A stretch of 63,180 nt of DNA, filler included, from Diploschistes diacapsis (GCA_023645945.1; 17 parts of 17 records of this genome joined end to end with filler, not necessarily neighbours in it); one strand, 5' to 3'. Positions 32,168-43,899 are shown, counted from the first letter of the whole stretch. Numbers and translations: made by a program. The notes: generated by a model not told the origin, from the letters alone.

Positions 32168-34441
32168 CTACCTTCCTCCCCGCGTCCCTCTCCCCTTTCC
32201 TCTGCCCCTTCCTCCTCTCACCCCTTTCGCTGCCCGCCCTCCTCTGGCTCCTCCCCTCACGCCGCCACGACCAGCATCCTGCCCCTCGCTCGCACCACCC
32301 GGCTCTTCCTCTTTCCCACCCTCCTCGCCCCTCCTCTCCCCCTTCTGAGCAGCCGCGCTCTTGGCCCCTCTCTTCCTTTTCGTCGCCTCCTCCGCCTTCT
32401 TCGCCTCCTTCGCGGCTTCTGCCTTTGCGCTCGGTTTTCTCTCCCGCTTCGCCCTGCCTCTCTCCAGCTTCCCCTCCTTCTCTTCCTCCCCATCGTGAGA
32501 AGGATGCCGTGGGTTGACGGGCGTCCAGGTGATAGACAGGGTCTCCGAGGGTTTCAATTTTTTGGGCGGTGGGCCTGCTTCTCCTTCTTCTTGCTCTTCA
32601 GGGTGCGAGCGGGCTACGGAATCCACCCTGGTTTCTTGGCCGTCTTTGGTAGGCTCTGGTTCTTTGGCGGGTCTCTTTCTCTTGTTCTGCGCTGGTGCAG
32701 CGGAGGGGGCCTTCTTGGGTGCTTTCCTTTTCTTCTTGGGCTGCGAAACCTCTTCCTCTTTCTCCGGCTCTTCTGCTTCGGAAAGAGGGCGAGAATTGGG
32801 TTGAACTTCTTTACGATTCTTCACGCTGGGTTTTTCCTTCGAAGTAGCGGCCATCTTTATAGTCTTCGCTTGGGCGGAGGGTGCCTTCTTTGTCGTCTTT
32901 CGTTTCTTGGGTTCGGGGGCCCCTGCGGGTTCTTCCTCGAGGCCTTCTGCGTGAGACGGGGGATGAACTTCCTTGCCAGTCTCTTTATCCTGCCCTTTTT
33001 TGGGCTGCGAGCTCTTTTGAGGCCGCTTGCGCTTAGTTGTTGCCGGCTGCTTCTGCTGCTTCGGTGGCGGCTTTGGCTTCGGTGCTGGTTTCGCTCGCAC
33101 TGCCTTTGGCGGCGTTGTTGTCGCTTCCTGACGTTTCTGGTTGCTCACGTCTGTCTCATTGGCCTCGCGTGCTTGCTCATCCTGCATTTTCTTTGGAGGT
33201 ACGCCCTTGTTTGCCCTGGCCGACCTACGCAGTCCATACTCCTGCGGCGCATCGTCGCCGACCTTCTTTAGCCTCTTGGTGTTCGGTTTTACCTTGCCAG
33301 TCTTATCTTCCTGCATCTCATCTCCAATGCTCTGCTTGTCATTAGCTTTGTCCTCGTCGTCAGGAGTAGGACTGTTCTTCTTCGTCCCCGTTGTCTCTAC
33401 GTCAGCGTCGATGTTCGTTTCTTCGTAGTCGGTTTCTCCAATCGCATCCGCTTCACTTGAATCATCAGCGATCCACAGTTGATGGAGCGCCTCCACAGCA
33501 CCAGGTGCGACAGTGGTTGGAAATTCATCTCGAGACTCTTGAGCTGGAGACTTGGGCGAAGACTTGGACTTGGGTTCAAACGGAGACCCGGACTTGAATG
33601 GAGACTTGGACTTGGACGGAGACTTAGGCGGAGATTTAGACTTTCGCGACGGTTGTACCTGCGGCGACGCTTTTGGAGGCGAATGTTGCTGGGGAGGAGT
33701 GGGAGTAATCTGATAATCCTCCATTTGAAGCTTCTCTGCGAAATCGTCGTCACCGATGGTGGGATCTACCTCCTTATGTGGCGTTTCTGTAGTAACGTTG
33801 GCACCTTCATAGTCTGGCTCTTCGGGATCTTGCCCTTCTGCCTCCCTTTGTTCTAGCTCGCCTACCTCTTGTTGATAAATCTCCTTCTGAAGGTTCCATG
33901 CCATCGATTCATCATTGGTGATGAGGTCCGCTTCCTTATATTGGTGTTCTGCATTGGCGTCGGCTTGTTTTTCTTTCGACTGTCCCTTTTTCTCTTCTCC
34001 TCCGTCTCCTCCACCTCCTTCTCCGAAGTCGGAACCTGGAGGCCCATCATCACTGAGACCGAAGCTAGTTTCCGAGGCAGCATCATAGTCTGTTGAGTCT
34101 GATAAGTCTGACACTTCCTGCTTTGTCGAGCCATCCAACGGCTTAGAACTGGCCGCCGTTCCCTCAGAAAGAGCCGCTTTTTGCCCATCACTAGCTGCTT
34201 CTTTTTGCTTAGCAGAGCCTATATTTTCCCGGCCAGATTTGGACGGAAATTGGGGAGTCACTGTTGGCTCTAATGGATTGATATAATCGAAAATGATCCC
34301 TTTATCGCTGTTCTTCTCCCCCTTACTAGCCACGAATTTTTTTGCAAGGTTTCTAAGGGCGTCACTAAGCCATACCTTGTCTTGTGGAACCGGCTCATCC
34401 TTCGAGGATCCGTTCCCCTCGGAACCTTCCTCGCCCGTCAT
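32168..34441 (-). CDS. ~757-aa disordered hypothetical protein: acidic N-half, basic C-half, RGG tail
   Basis: Long ORF with the first convincing ATG at 34441 (MTGEEG). Contains SP/KSP repeats, RRSARANKGVPPKK, several KKRK clusters and a C-terminal GRGGVRGGARGGR...RGGR. Confidence 0.6.
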   Translation of the reverse strand: MTGEEGSEGNGSSKDEPVPQDKVWLSDALRNLAKKFVASKGEKNSDKGIIFDYINPLEPTVTPQFPSKSGRENIGSAKQKEAASDGQKAALSEGTAASSKPLDGSTKQEVSDLSDSTDYDAASETSFGLSDDGPPGSDFGEGGGGDGGEEKKGQSKEKQADANAEHQYKEADLITNDESMAWNLQKEIYQQEVGELEQREAEGQDPEEPDYEGANVTTETPHKEVDPTIGDDDFAEKLQMEDYQITPTPPQQHSPPKASPQVQPSRKSKSPPKSPSKSKSPFKSGSPFEPKSKSSPKSPAQESRDEFPTTVAPGAVEALHQLWIADDSSEADAIGETDYEETNIDADVETTGTKKNSPTPDDEDKANDKQSIGDEMQEDKTGKVKPNTKRLKKVGDDAPQEYGLRRSARANKGVPPKKMQDEQAREANETDVSNQKRQEATTTPPKAVRAKPAPKPKPPPKQQKQPATTKRKRPQKSSQPKKGQDKETGKEVHPPSHAEGLEEEPAGAPEPKKRKTTKKAPSAQAKTIKMAATSKEKPSVKNRKEVQPNSRPLSEAEEPEKEEEVSQPKKKRKAPKKAPSAAPAQNKRKRPAKEPEPTKDGQETRVDSVARSHPEEQEEGEAGPPPKKLKPSETLSITWTPVNPRHPSHDGEEEKEGKLERGRAKRERKPSAKAEAAKEAKKAEEATKRKRGAKSAAAQKGERRGEEGGKEEEPGGASEGQDAGRGGVRGGARGGRAAKGVRGGRGRGKGRGTRGGR

Positions 34442-35931
34442 TGCGGGCAAAGGCGAGGATGTAAAGCTGGAGACCCGACGCAGAACGTGGTATTCAGCCT
34501 GATGTTGCACGCGCAAGAATAACTGAAAGATCCTTGGACGGCGGCAATCGACAAACGTAGAAGAAAGTAGAATCAAGCTGGCAGTAGAGAACGCTATGAA
34601 GACGATGAATAGGCCAGAGAAATCAAGGCAGCTAAGGCATCGCAGATGCAGTCTCAGCAGATAACAACGCAAACGTCAAATAAAGTTGCTATAGCAGAAT
34701 CGATAGTCAAAAGTATGCAAGGTTGCAGAGACGGACCAAGCAGCATCTGCGGAAAGAAGAGACAATATTGAACATCCGCAGATACTTGCCACCAGATTTC
34801 CACAAGTGCCTTAACAATGACCGTGAATAGCTTCATCAATCGTCCACATACTTACATACTCTTACACGTGCTATTGATAGTCCATCGGAGCAACACACTG
34901 AGTTTCAGCCCCACACGTACACAATGGCAAAGGTGGATGGAAGCAGTGATAAGACAATGCATCAAAATAGAGCCCAGGCAGAAGAAATAAACCCGTCACT
35001 CAAGCCTTCTTATAGAACTTGTGAATAACAAGGATAGCACAAATAAGCGTCAAAGTTCACCATGCACAATAGCAAAGAACAGAAATAGAAGCTGCCGCAT
35101 AAGGGAAATACTTCTTAGCCTGAGAATAACCTTTATCATCTAGGACAAAGACAAACTGGCTATTAGGAAGATCTATACTTACTCAACGATAGCAATAACT
35201 GCCGCCTCCGTTTGCTCAGTATGTGTATCATTCAGTACAAACGAGAGCTGCATTCCATTCAACAACTTTGAAAGGAATCAGTAGCGACCTCGAAATCTTC
35301 GTGATGGAACAGTACATGGGTAAGAATAAGTTAAGGAATTGGTTTAATAGATCAAACTAACGCTGACCCGGCAGTTCAAGTTCCGAGCCCCAACGACATC
35401 ACGTGCTCCTTCATCGCTCTCTTATAAATCCTATCCCGTTTTAAGGAGAACAAGAAGGGAGAGCAAGGTCGTCTGAGAACTACGTGTACCTTACCATGGG
35501 AAGAGCATCTCGAGCTCAACTCGATCCTGAGGAACCTAGACCAGTATTTCAGCAAGGTTGATTGCGTTAGGGTCGGGTCAGTCATGTTCATACGTTATCA
35601 TTTGTTAGAGCTCATAACCAAAAAGCAAGGATATCTAGCTAATGCCAAATGGCAAAAGATATGGAGTGAACATGATTCTTACAAGAAAACAGCTACATGA
35701 AAAGGTTTTCGCCAGACTACTTCACATATTTATGAACCTTGTCAGCATGGCGTTGGGCTTCTTCTAGAAAGCGTTGCGCGCTGCATCAATCTCGAACCAT
35801 TGGTTCCTCACAAGCTCTAACAGATTTTGCCAGTTTCATAAGCCTTGTTCTCGCCCATGAACCTTCCGTCATAGTGCTTGTGAACATATCTTTGATCTCC
35901 ATGGTCGCAGTTACCCGCAATTCATCGACAA

Positions 35932-38571
35932 TCAAGCCATTAAAAACCGCTCTCTTATGCCCTTGAGTTTTCCATTGCCGAGACTTCCCAGTCCAAATCC
36001 CAGAACAGGATTTGTAGGGAGCCTTGGTCCCGCATGGGGCATATCGGGCTTGAAGGCCCGCATGCCAGCAGCCATAGCTCCCGGCCCGGCGTCAATGCCC
36101 AGGTCTACATCAGGAGTGACCTCTCCATCCTCCTCATTGATTGTAGCTGCCTTGGGTACATTAGCAGGAAAGGGCGGCTGTTGCAAAGCGCGTCTCCTTT
36201 CCTTTCCCATAGAAAGACCAATCGGGATATCACCAAATGGAGCTCCGCCTGCTCGCTGAAAGCCAACTGGTGGCAATGGCCTGCCGTTGCCCCCAGCCGG
36301 TTGGCCGGCATTTGGGGGCATCACGGGGTCGAAAGAAAACTTCCTTCCCTGAGGATCGATCTCAGGCCTTGCTGGCATCGGTTGTGGCCTTAAAACGCGC
36401 ATCGGAAGGTATGGTCTAGCACCAACCGGTGGTGGGCCTCTATTTTGGCTTGTAGCGAGACTGTTCGGGAATGAGCCTGGATGTTGGTTTGGATTTGAAT
36501 CGTTGCCTTGGAAAGGCTGGCTCCTTGGGTTTGACCTATTGCTTATCGTACTTGCTGGGGTATTGCTGCGCTCCATCGGTAATACCTCAGGTGCTCGGTC
36601 TTGTCCAATCTTCAAGTGGCCTCTTTGGTGTTCGTCAACCGTTCTCTTCAGATTGCCGTTCATTTCAACCAAAGCGACTTTGCACCCACTACAAATGCGC
36701 AGACAGCACCATCCGCATTTCCACATCTGGTCCGAGTCATGCTTGCACGTCATGCAAAGAACAGGTGCGAGAACGTTCGAGGATAGCAGGAGCGGTCGGT
36801 GCTGCGTATAGCATGAGAAATGGGCCGGTTTGAGCTCGGGCGCAATGAGAGGCGAGCGAGGTTCTGGCACATCCGGCAAGGATGATATAGAGGGCTGCGG
36901 CGAGTGGGATCGCAACGCTTGAGGGTTGGTGGATTGTGACGGAACATCCAACTTCTGTCGGAATGAATTGATGCTTTCACTCGAAGTAGCACGGTGAAAA
37001 GCCTCCGGTCTTTGAGGTTGTGGGGTCTTGGATCGCTTGGTTTGCGATCCATTACTGCTACTTCGACTCCTTACTCTCGCATCACTATTTCGAGCACGAC
37101 TGCGGGAAACGAAGTTCGGCTGAGGAAATGGCGCCGCCAGAGATGAACTTGTCAGAGAAGAGAGTGACGACTGGGACGTGCTCGAGTCGGTCCGAGGTAG
37201 AGAAGGCCATGTAGGCTCGGGCATGAAGCCTGATGGCTTGAAGCTATCAAAAGCACTATCTTGCGGGATTATGGGGTCAATATATCCGCGTGAGTTTTCA
37301 AGTCCTGGCTTGCGGGCAACAAATGGCGGTATTGGCCGGCTAGTTTCCTCTACCGGTGACTCTGCTCTTAAGGCCTTGAGTATATCGAGCGCGGTGTTGG
37401 ACTTGCCACGAGCGTGGAAGCTACCAGCCATCTTCTCGGAAGGTAAAGAAGGCAATTCGTATATTTCTTCAGGCGGGTCATATAGAGCTAGGCTTTGAGA
37501 TACTGGAATTGCAGCTACTTCAAGGAACGGAGGGTTGGGCGGAAGCTCTTTGTTCTGAAACGTCACACTACCGCTTTTCTTACGAGCTGGCCGAAGACCC
37601 TGCTTAGGATTAGGGAAGTTGACGGCTGCTTTTGCCAAGCTATCGGTTCTGGAAGGTAAACCTTGAGGTTGTGTGGGTAAAAGAGCCAGGTTGTCGTTTC
37701 GGCTACTACCAGACTGTTGAAGTGAAAGATTGACAGGGGCCCTGGAAGCGCCTGGATTCTCGCCAAGCGCGGGTGCTGCCCTCTTTGACTCAGGTTTCTC
37801 ATCTATAAAAGACGCGAGTGATGCTCTTCTCTCGTTCGGTGTGACCTGGGGTGCCTGAACTGGCTTTCGTGTGACTGGCACGCGTTGTGCAAGCTTCTCA
37901 GACACCTTGGGCGGGGGTGGGGGAGGAAGATCCGTGGGCGATTCAATCGAAGGCGAATCATCGTAATTAGACGTGGCAGAAACAGGCGCAGGTGCAGGCG
38001 CCTTCACCGAGAGGCTCGTTGCTCCATTGGATTTTGTCAAGGATAGATTCTTGGGTCGAGGCTCTGCACCGTCGGGCGATCTCCGCCACCTGAGCTCCCT
38101 GGCAGAGGTTGGCTTAACCGGATACTCGTCACTGAAAGCAGATGTCCTGGAGGAAGCCGGGCTGGCGGCCAATGAGCTTGACTCCGAGGGTCCAGAACTG
38201 TCAGTGCTGTCTGCAGAGGTTGGGAATTCTGGAGATTTGGGGAGAGGTTTTGCGAAGGGATGACGCGCAGCGCCGGGGGTTACCATTTCCGGTATTATGT
38301 CCAGATTCGTCGTCGTCGTCGCCACCATAGGGCTAGCTCGCTCTTTTCTCTTTACAATCTCGACTTCAAGTTGGAGAGTCTTCCGTGCCTCCGTTGGCGA
38401 ATCTTCTAGATAGGATTCTAGAATCTGCCAGGTGCTCGAAAACATCATGCTTTGAATGGCCATCTTTCCAGCCCGAGCATGGACACCCGGCCCAGCTCCT
38501 GCAACATCCACCCCTTTCATTTGCTCCACGACATCGAAGCGCACCATTAATTCGGATGAAGCTCGTATCAC
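35932..38571 (-). CDS. Pro/Ser-rich hypothetical protein with a Cys/His zinc-binding cluster
   Basis: 879-aa ORF containing HFSCYTQH...VLCMTCK...WKCGWCCLRICSGCK. Start codon uncertain (could be MVATTTT near 38328, or spliced). Confidence 0.65.
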   Translation of the reverse strand: MIRASSELMVRFDVVEQMKGVDVAGAGPGVHARAGKMAIQSMMFSSTWQILESYLEDSPTEARKTLQLEVEIVKRKERASPMVATTTTNLDIIPEMVTPGAARHPFAKPLPKSPEFPTSADSTDSSGPSESSSLAASPASSRTSAFSDEYPVKPTSARELRWRRSPDGAEPRPKNLSLTKSNGATSLSVKAPAPAPVSATSNYDDSPSIESPTDLPPPPPPKVSEKLAQRVPVTRKPVQAPQVTPNERRASLASFIDEKPESKRAAPALGENPGASRAPVNLSLQQSGSSRNDNLALLPTQPQGLPSRTDSLAKAAVNFPNPKQGLRPARKKSGSVTFQNKELPPNPPFLEVAAIPVSQSLALYDPPEEIYELPSLPSEKMAGSFHARGKSNTALDILKALRAESPVEETSRPIPPFVARKPGLENSRGYIDPIIPQDSAFDSFKPSGFMPEPTWPSLPRTDSSTSQSSLSSLTSSSLAAPFPQPNFVSRSRARNSDARVRSRSSSNGSQTKRSKTPQPQRPEAFHRATSSESINSFRQKLDVPSQSTNPQALRSHSPQPSISSLPDVPEPRSPLIAPELKPAHFSCYTQHRPLLLSSNVLAPVLCMTCKHDSDQMWKCGWCCLRICSGCKVALVEMNGNLKRTVDEHQRGHLKIGQDRAPEVLPMERSNTPASTISNRSNPRSQPFQGNDSNPNQHPGSFPNSLATSQNRGPPPVGARPYLPMRVLRPQPMPARPEIDPQGRKFSFDPVMPPNAGQPAGGNGRPLPPVGFQRAGGAPFGDIPIGLSMGKERRRALQQPPFPANVPKAATINEEDGEVTPDVDLGIDAGPGAMAAGMRAFKPDMPHAGPRLPTNPVLGFGLGSLGNGKLKGIRERFLMA

Positions 38572-40036
38572 TCAGCAGTGGTCTTCGTGCGGGTGGTCAA
38601 GCGGACAGCTGCAACTCTTAACCAGGACATGCGACACCCTTGACAAGTACGATAATTATGACCAATCCATATCGCATATATTGATGTAGAGGGAACGGAG
38701 TAAGAAAATTCTCCCACAGGGAAAAAGAAATGAAAGATAGGACGGCGCCAAAATCGTATCAGACTTCCAAGAGCGACCGTAAGGCGAGAGTCTTTTTAAA
38801 TATTAAGAGAAATGTGGAATGGCTGGATGGGCTTACCGGCACTGCACTCTGACACAGGCATCATATTTGGTTGTTGTTGCACTTCACGTTTCATCTTACC
38901 GGACTTTGCACCAGCGTTCATGCTCCGCCCAGTTGCCGTCTCTTCCAGCATACTGTATACTCTACTGTGTTGAACCAGTTCAAGCTGGCGGTAGTAGCGC
39001 ACTTCCATCAGATATGATACTCTCTACAGGATAATTTCTGCGTTCTCTGGAGGTAGCCGACGGGAATATATTCGGTAAAGAAGTGGTTATTTGTCCGCGG
39101 CCGCACAGCTGCGTTATCGATAAATTGATATCATGCAGCCTGACAGGCATCGCCTTTTCTCCAACCGCTCCTACAGTTGGTCGAGAAGAGGTAATTTAGG
39201 GACTGGAATCGTGGTTCAAGGCCTACCAGCCAAGCCGTGCTTCACGTAGAGTCTGCGGGCTTGTCTCCTTGGGTCCACCTGCATCCTCAAGATTCTTACC
39301 ATAAACTCTATACGAGGGTAGTAAGCCGCACCACGAGAGAGCATAGACAAAAGCGTTTTGACACGACATATTCTGTTTCCCAATATTCAAGTCAGGGGCT
39401 CCATGCCTTGTCACGAGGGAACTAGACTACTAGCGTATGAAGTGTTCCCTATAGGCGAAACTTCCCTTACGGCATTGAATCTAACGTAGGTCTGTTAATG
39501 TAGGGGTTTCTCTTACTCTCAATCGCAATAAGGCAACTCCTCAGCTACAAGAGCCATCAAGGGTATACAGTTCTGTCTTCCGTGGTTGAAAGTGCAGAAT
39601 GGTGAAGCCTGCACGTGAGTAGTCGCAAGCTCTAATGCGTCGCCTTTGATTGTCTTCAGCTTTTGGGGATATAATAGGAGACTTTCTGCAGGATAGTGGT
39701 GCAGATCCCAATGCTAATACATGGAGAGCCGCCATGCTATGTCATCATTAGCCGTGCCGGACTCAAGGTATAGTGATTTTTGTGTTTAAGTAATAAGAGT
39801 GCTAGTGCAGCACGCTCGCCCGCCGTAGTAGAGCCCTCTCCAGGCACACCATCTAACGACGGTGAGTCGTCGAGATAGAACGGCTCTGATGCTGGCATGT
39901 ACTGCAGGCCAAAAAGCTATACTCCCTGAGTGCCCACCATAGCCCCAGGAACAGTATACTGGCGGTGCTACGTCCATTCTCCATTACCTCTTCGCTGAGA
40001 TCACGAACACGTCAAGGAGGCTGGTTGATGCGCGAC

Positions 40037-41046
40037 TCAAGTTTTCATCTTGGTGCCATTTGGATGCTTCTGCCTTTCCTCCTCTGCCATAGTAGCTATC
40101 TTCGCTAGCTCCCTTGTACGCTTCTCCTTTTTAGCCCCATTCCTCCAGATCTCCGTCGTCGGTGCTGATGGAAAGCGGTATGAGCCTGCACAGTACAGCA
40201 GCGTGACCGCCTGCTCCCTTCCACCAATTCGATGCAGGAATTCTACAACCTTGCCGACCATGATGAGATGATCGCCAATCTTTATGCTCTTATCTTTCAG
40301 CCACTCGCACCTAAGACCAAAGGACCTCGCACCTTCCAACTGGCTCTTGCTGGGAAGGGTTTTCCCTCCACTGGTGTTGGTCCGCGATTGCGCAAACTTT
40401 TCAGCGATCGCCTGTCCGTACATGGGAGAGACTTCAAAATATCCCGACTCGGCAATCGCATCATATGTTTTGGAGGGAACCTTGACATTGAACGACACCA
40501 CGGGTTCAGGCTGAAGCGTGACGGTATTGAAGGAGGAAACGAGCATACCGTGTTGCAGAGGCGGCGGCCTTGGTCCGGTGAAGTCTGTCTCGGTGTTTGG
40601 TTTATGTGATTCCAAAGTAGATGCTGTTACGACCACAACAGCATGGGGGACCTTCCGCATCGCAAAGCGCACATTCTTGCTTAGCTGCGAGGGGGCGTCG
40701 GCGAATAGAGTCGTTTCTTTTGCTCCTGAAGGCCCATTGATCTGGGTCTCACCATGCTTTAGCGCTATATGCCAGTCATGATTAGTATCCACATAGGACC
40801 GCGTTGACGGAGAAAATTGGCCTACTCACGGCCGGCAAAGCGCTCGCTGGACTCCTTGACAGTTTCTCTATCTCCATTGCTTATCACAACTCCCTCGGCA
40901 TGGCTTCCGACAGTCGAGATGTAGGGGTGTCGAGGAATAATACCGGTAATGCGTTCAATCTTCCCAAACAATTTCAAGTTTAAAACAGACCTAGTTCTCC
41001 CATTCCCTGAAAATGGTGATGTAAAAGAGCGAGCAAACACTGGCAT
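40037..41046 (-). CDS. Flavin reductase-like FMN-binding protein, possibly mitochondrial
   Basis: Exons 41046-40830 and 40764-40037 (intron GTGAGT..CTAAT..TAG, in phase). Motifs VRFAMRKVPHAVVVVT, GMLVSSFNTVTLQPEPVVSFNV, GDHLIMVGKV and LLYCAGSY. Arg/Ser-rich N-terminus. Confidence 0.8.
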
Positions 41047-41177
41047 CTCTCATCCAATGAGCCCTCAGACAGAGCTTATCAGCTCAGTTTTGATGGGGCA
41101 ATCGATGATTGTCGGATTGCACATAATGTCATGAAGATGGGCTAGAAACTTTACAATGACGTAAGATCTATCAGATA

Positions 41178-41525
41178 AACGGTAGAGTGTTGCCCCTAGT
41201 AACCGAGCGGACCCTAGTAACCGATCATCCATAAGCGTTTTTTATACCTAAAATACCCTCTCCTTTTTTATCCATTATAAGTTTCATATATTTTTTTATT
41301 TTTTGCTAATTTAAACCTAAATATTCTTAATGATAGAAAATATTTTCATCGAAACGAAAATTCAATCCCTTCCGTTATCGTTTTATGAAATCGTTCGACA
41401 TAACGGCGTCTCTTTCTCCTCCCTTCTCGATAAACTTAATAACCGTTTTAAAAGATTTATTAATTATTAATCGCAACAGTTTTTAATTATTAAATAAAAG
41501 AATGTCCTCGCGAGATATATAAAGC
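41178..41525 (+). mobile_element. pogo/Tc1-like transposon 5' relic
   Basis: Terminal region with a duplicated CCCTAGTAACCGA, then abruptly AT-rich RIP-mutated sequence with an HTH-like remnant (QFLII..KNVLARYIK). Confidence 0.45.
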
Positions 41526-41603
41526 TAGGCTGGCCGTTTCGTGCCACGGTCACTGACACGGACACTACAGCAAAAATTTTCAAAACACGGACACTAACAC
41601 GGA
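41526..41603 (-). mobile_element. hAT-type MITE end (TAGGCTGGCCGT family)
   Basis: TAGGCTGGCCGTTTCGTGCCAC followed by ACACGGACAC repeats; truncated by the contig end. Confidence 0.8.
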
Positions 41604-41703
41604 NNNNNNNNNNNNNNNNNNNNNNNNNNNNNNNNNNNNNNNNNNNNTTAATTAATTAANNNNNNNNNNNNNNNNNNNNNNNNNNNNNNNNNNNNNNNNN
41701 NNN

Positions 41704-43044
41704 TATAAGAATAATAATATCATTTCGTTCTATATGTCTGCTTATTTATCGCATATCTTTTAATTTTTTGATATCGGATGTTTTAAATCGCTTAAAATTG
41801 CGTACGGTAAAGAAATCGAGTTAATAATACGTACATAAATTACGTATATTATTAAAAACGACTTGTTTCTTGTCTTTAAACGGGGTTTTTATGTAATTAT
41901 AAGCCCAGAAAACGTACGAATAGGTTTTAAAATTACTGAGCTTATTCCGTACGATATAAAAAAGATAATTAATAATTTAAATTTTAAATTCCGTACGTTT
42001 ACGTTTTCGAACTCTCGTCTGACGAGTTCCGCATCTATTAATTTAAACATGCTCCGTACTAGGCTGGCCGTCAGTGTCAGTGTTTTAGATTTTTTTGCTG
42101 CGGTATCCGTGTCCGTGCTTTTATTGTAGTGCAGTGTCCGTGTCAGTGTCATTATTTTAAATTTTTTAACTGCGATGTCCGTGTTCGTGTTTTTATTATA
42201 ATATAATATTAGTGTCAGTGTCCGTGTCGAGAAAATTTTTATTTCGGTATCTGTGTCCGTGTATTCATCGAAATATTTTTAAATATTTTTTTTATTTTAA
42301 TAATTTTGGAATTATCACGTCTATTTCTTACATTTTTATTTTTTTAAAAAAATTTCACCGCGGTGTTTCGATGTTTTTATTATAATTATAGTGTCCGTGT
42401 TAGTGTTTTAAATTTTTTTGCTGCGATGTCCGTGTCCGTGTTTTTATTATAATGTAGTGTCCGTGTTAGTATTAATGTTTTAGATTTTTTAATTGCGATG
42501 TCCGTGTCCGTTCTTTTATTGCAATATAGTGTTAGTGTTAGTGTCCGTGCCGAGAAAATTTTTGCTGCGGTGTCAGTGTTAGTGTCAGTGGCACGAAACG
42601 GCCAGCCTATTCCGTACGGCGAAAGATGTTTTACGAGGTTTTATAAATCTAAAAGCTAGAATTATTAGATATTAAAGTAGTTTTCCTATCTATTCATACG
42701 AGTTAGTTGATATGTAGGCTAAAGACATTTTTAAATTAGCGTATAAAATAATAATTCTTGAAACCGAGGTCAAGATATTTCGTACGGCAAATAAGATATT
42801 TAATAAACGAAGAAAGATTAAAAAAACGCGCGTACGAGCTAAAGAATTATTTAACGTATTAAAAATAATCGCATTATAATCTTTAAAGATCGAAATTCGT
42901 ATAAAAAAGATTAAAATATTTAAAAATAAAGATCGGACGAAGGGGATCGGATTACGCGGAAAACGTTTTAATAAATATAATTAATCCGGGCATAATACGC
43001 GAATTTACGTAATAAAATCTATAGCTTCTAAAAAAGATATTAAT
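41704..43044 (+). mobile_element. Fot1/pogo DDE transposase C-terminal relic interrupted by a MITE
   Basis: RIP-mutated frame resembling 'CMPAHSSHILQPLDVGCF.PLK.AYG' ... 'LIPYD' ... 'RT|AKDV'. The frame resumes after the 42060-42609 insertion. Confidence 0.8.
42060..42609 (+). mobile_element. Complete 550-bp hAT-type MITE
   Basis: 12-bp TIRs TAGGCTGGCCGT / ACGGCCAGCCTA. 8-bp TSD CTCCGTAC (42052-42059) / TTCCGTAC (42610-42617, one C>T). Interior built from GTGTCCGTGT and CAGTGTCAGTGT repeats. Confidence 0.9.
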
Positions 43045-43899
43045 NNNNNNNNNNNNNNNNNNNNNNNNNNNNNNNNNNNNNNNNNNNNTTAATTAATTAA
43101 NNNNNNNNNNNNNNNNNNNNNNNNNNNNNNNNNNNNNNNNNNNNAATTAATCGATTTCGCCTTAATCTTTATACGCGAGATATTTACTTTACAATATTGG
43201 TTTTTTTACATATACATTAACGAAAGCTATTATCGATAGACGTTATTCTTATGTCTTACTCGTTCTAACATATAAATCAAGGTTAGACCTTTCCACCGTT
43301 CGGTTCCGCCTCGATTTTTATAAACGAGATATTTACTTTAAAACATTGGCCTTTTTATATATTAAAGGAAGTTATTGTCGATAGACGTTATTCTATTTAT
43401 TAAAAGAAGCCAATGTCGATAAACGTTACTCTTGTGTTAAGCTTATTCCAAAATGGTTAGAAAAGATTAATATATATATCCGTTATACGGTAAACACGGT
43501 TTATTTAATATAAGAGATATAATATATTATATACGTTCCTGTTTTGTCGAAAAGGATCAGTCGTTTTTACGAAAGTTCGATTATTTAAATAATCAAGATT
43601 CTACGTTTATCCGTAATAAAGTCATATGCGACAACACATCTTTAAATTAGTTAATACCTGCTAAATCTGATATATTTAAGTTGTATAAAGGTCTCACTAG
43701 TTAAACATATATTAGTTCTTAAGCGAATACGAGCGATTTACGCGAAAAAGATAGCGTAAAAGACTTCGACTAAAAAAAATTCGCCATTAATGCTCATATA
43801 GAATCTGATTATACAGAATTACGAAACATATCCAACGCTATCTTTATAAATAAACATAATGGTTTTTCGCGAAAGCTACTCTCAACGTCTATTATTTAG

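Noticed and set aside
34442..34672. Hydrophobic N-terminal extension of the 834-aa ORF (apparent signal or TM segment)
   Set aside because: It depends on a non-ATG start and reads like a pyrimidine-rich 5' UTR; the ATG at 34441 is preferred.
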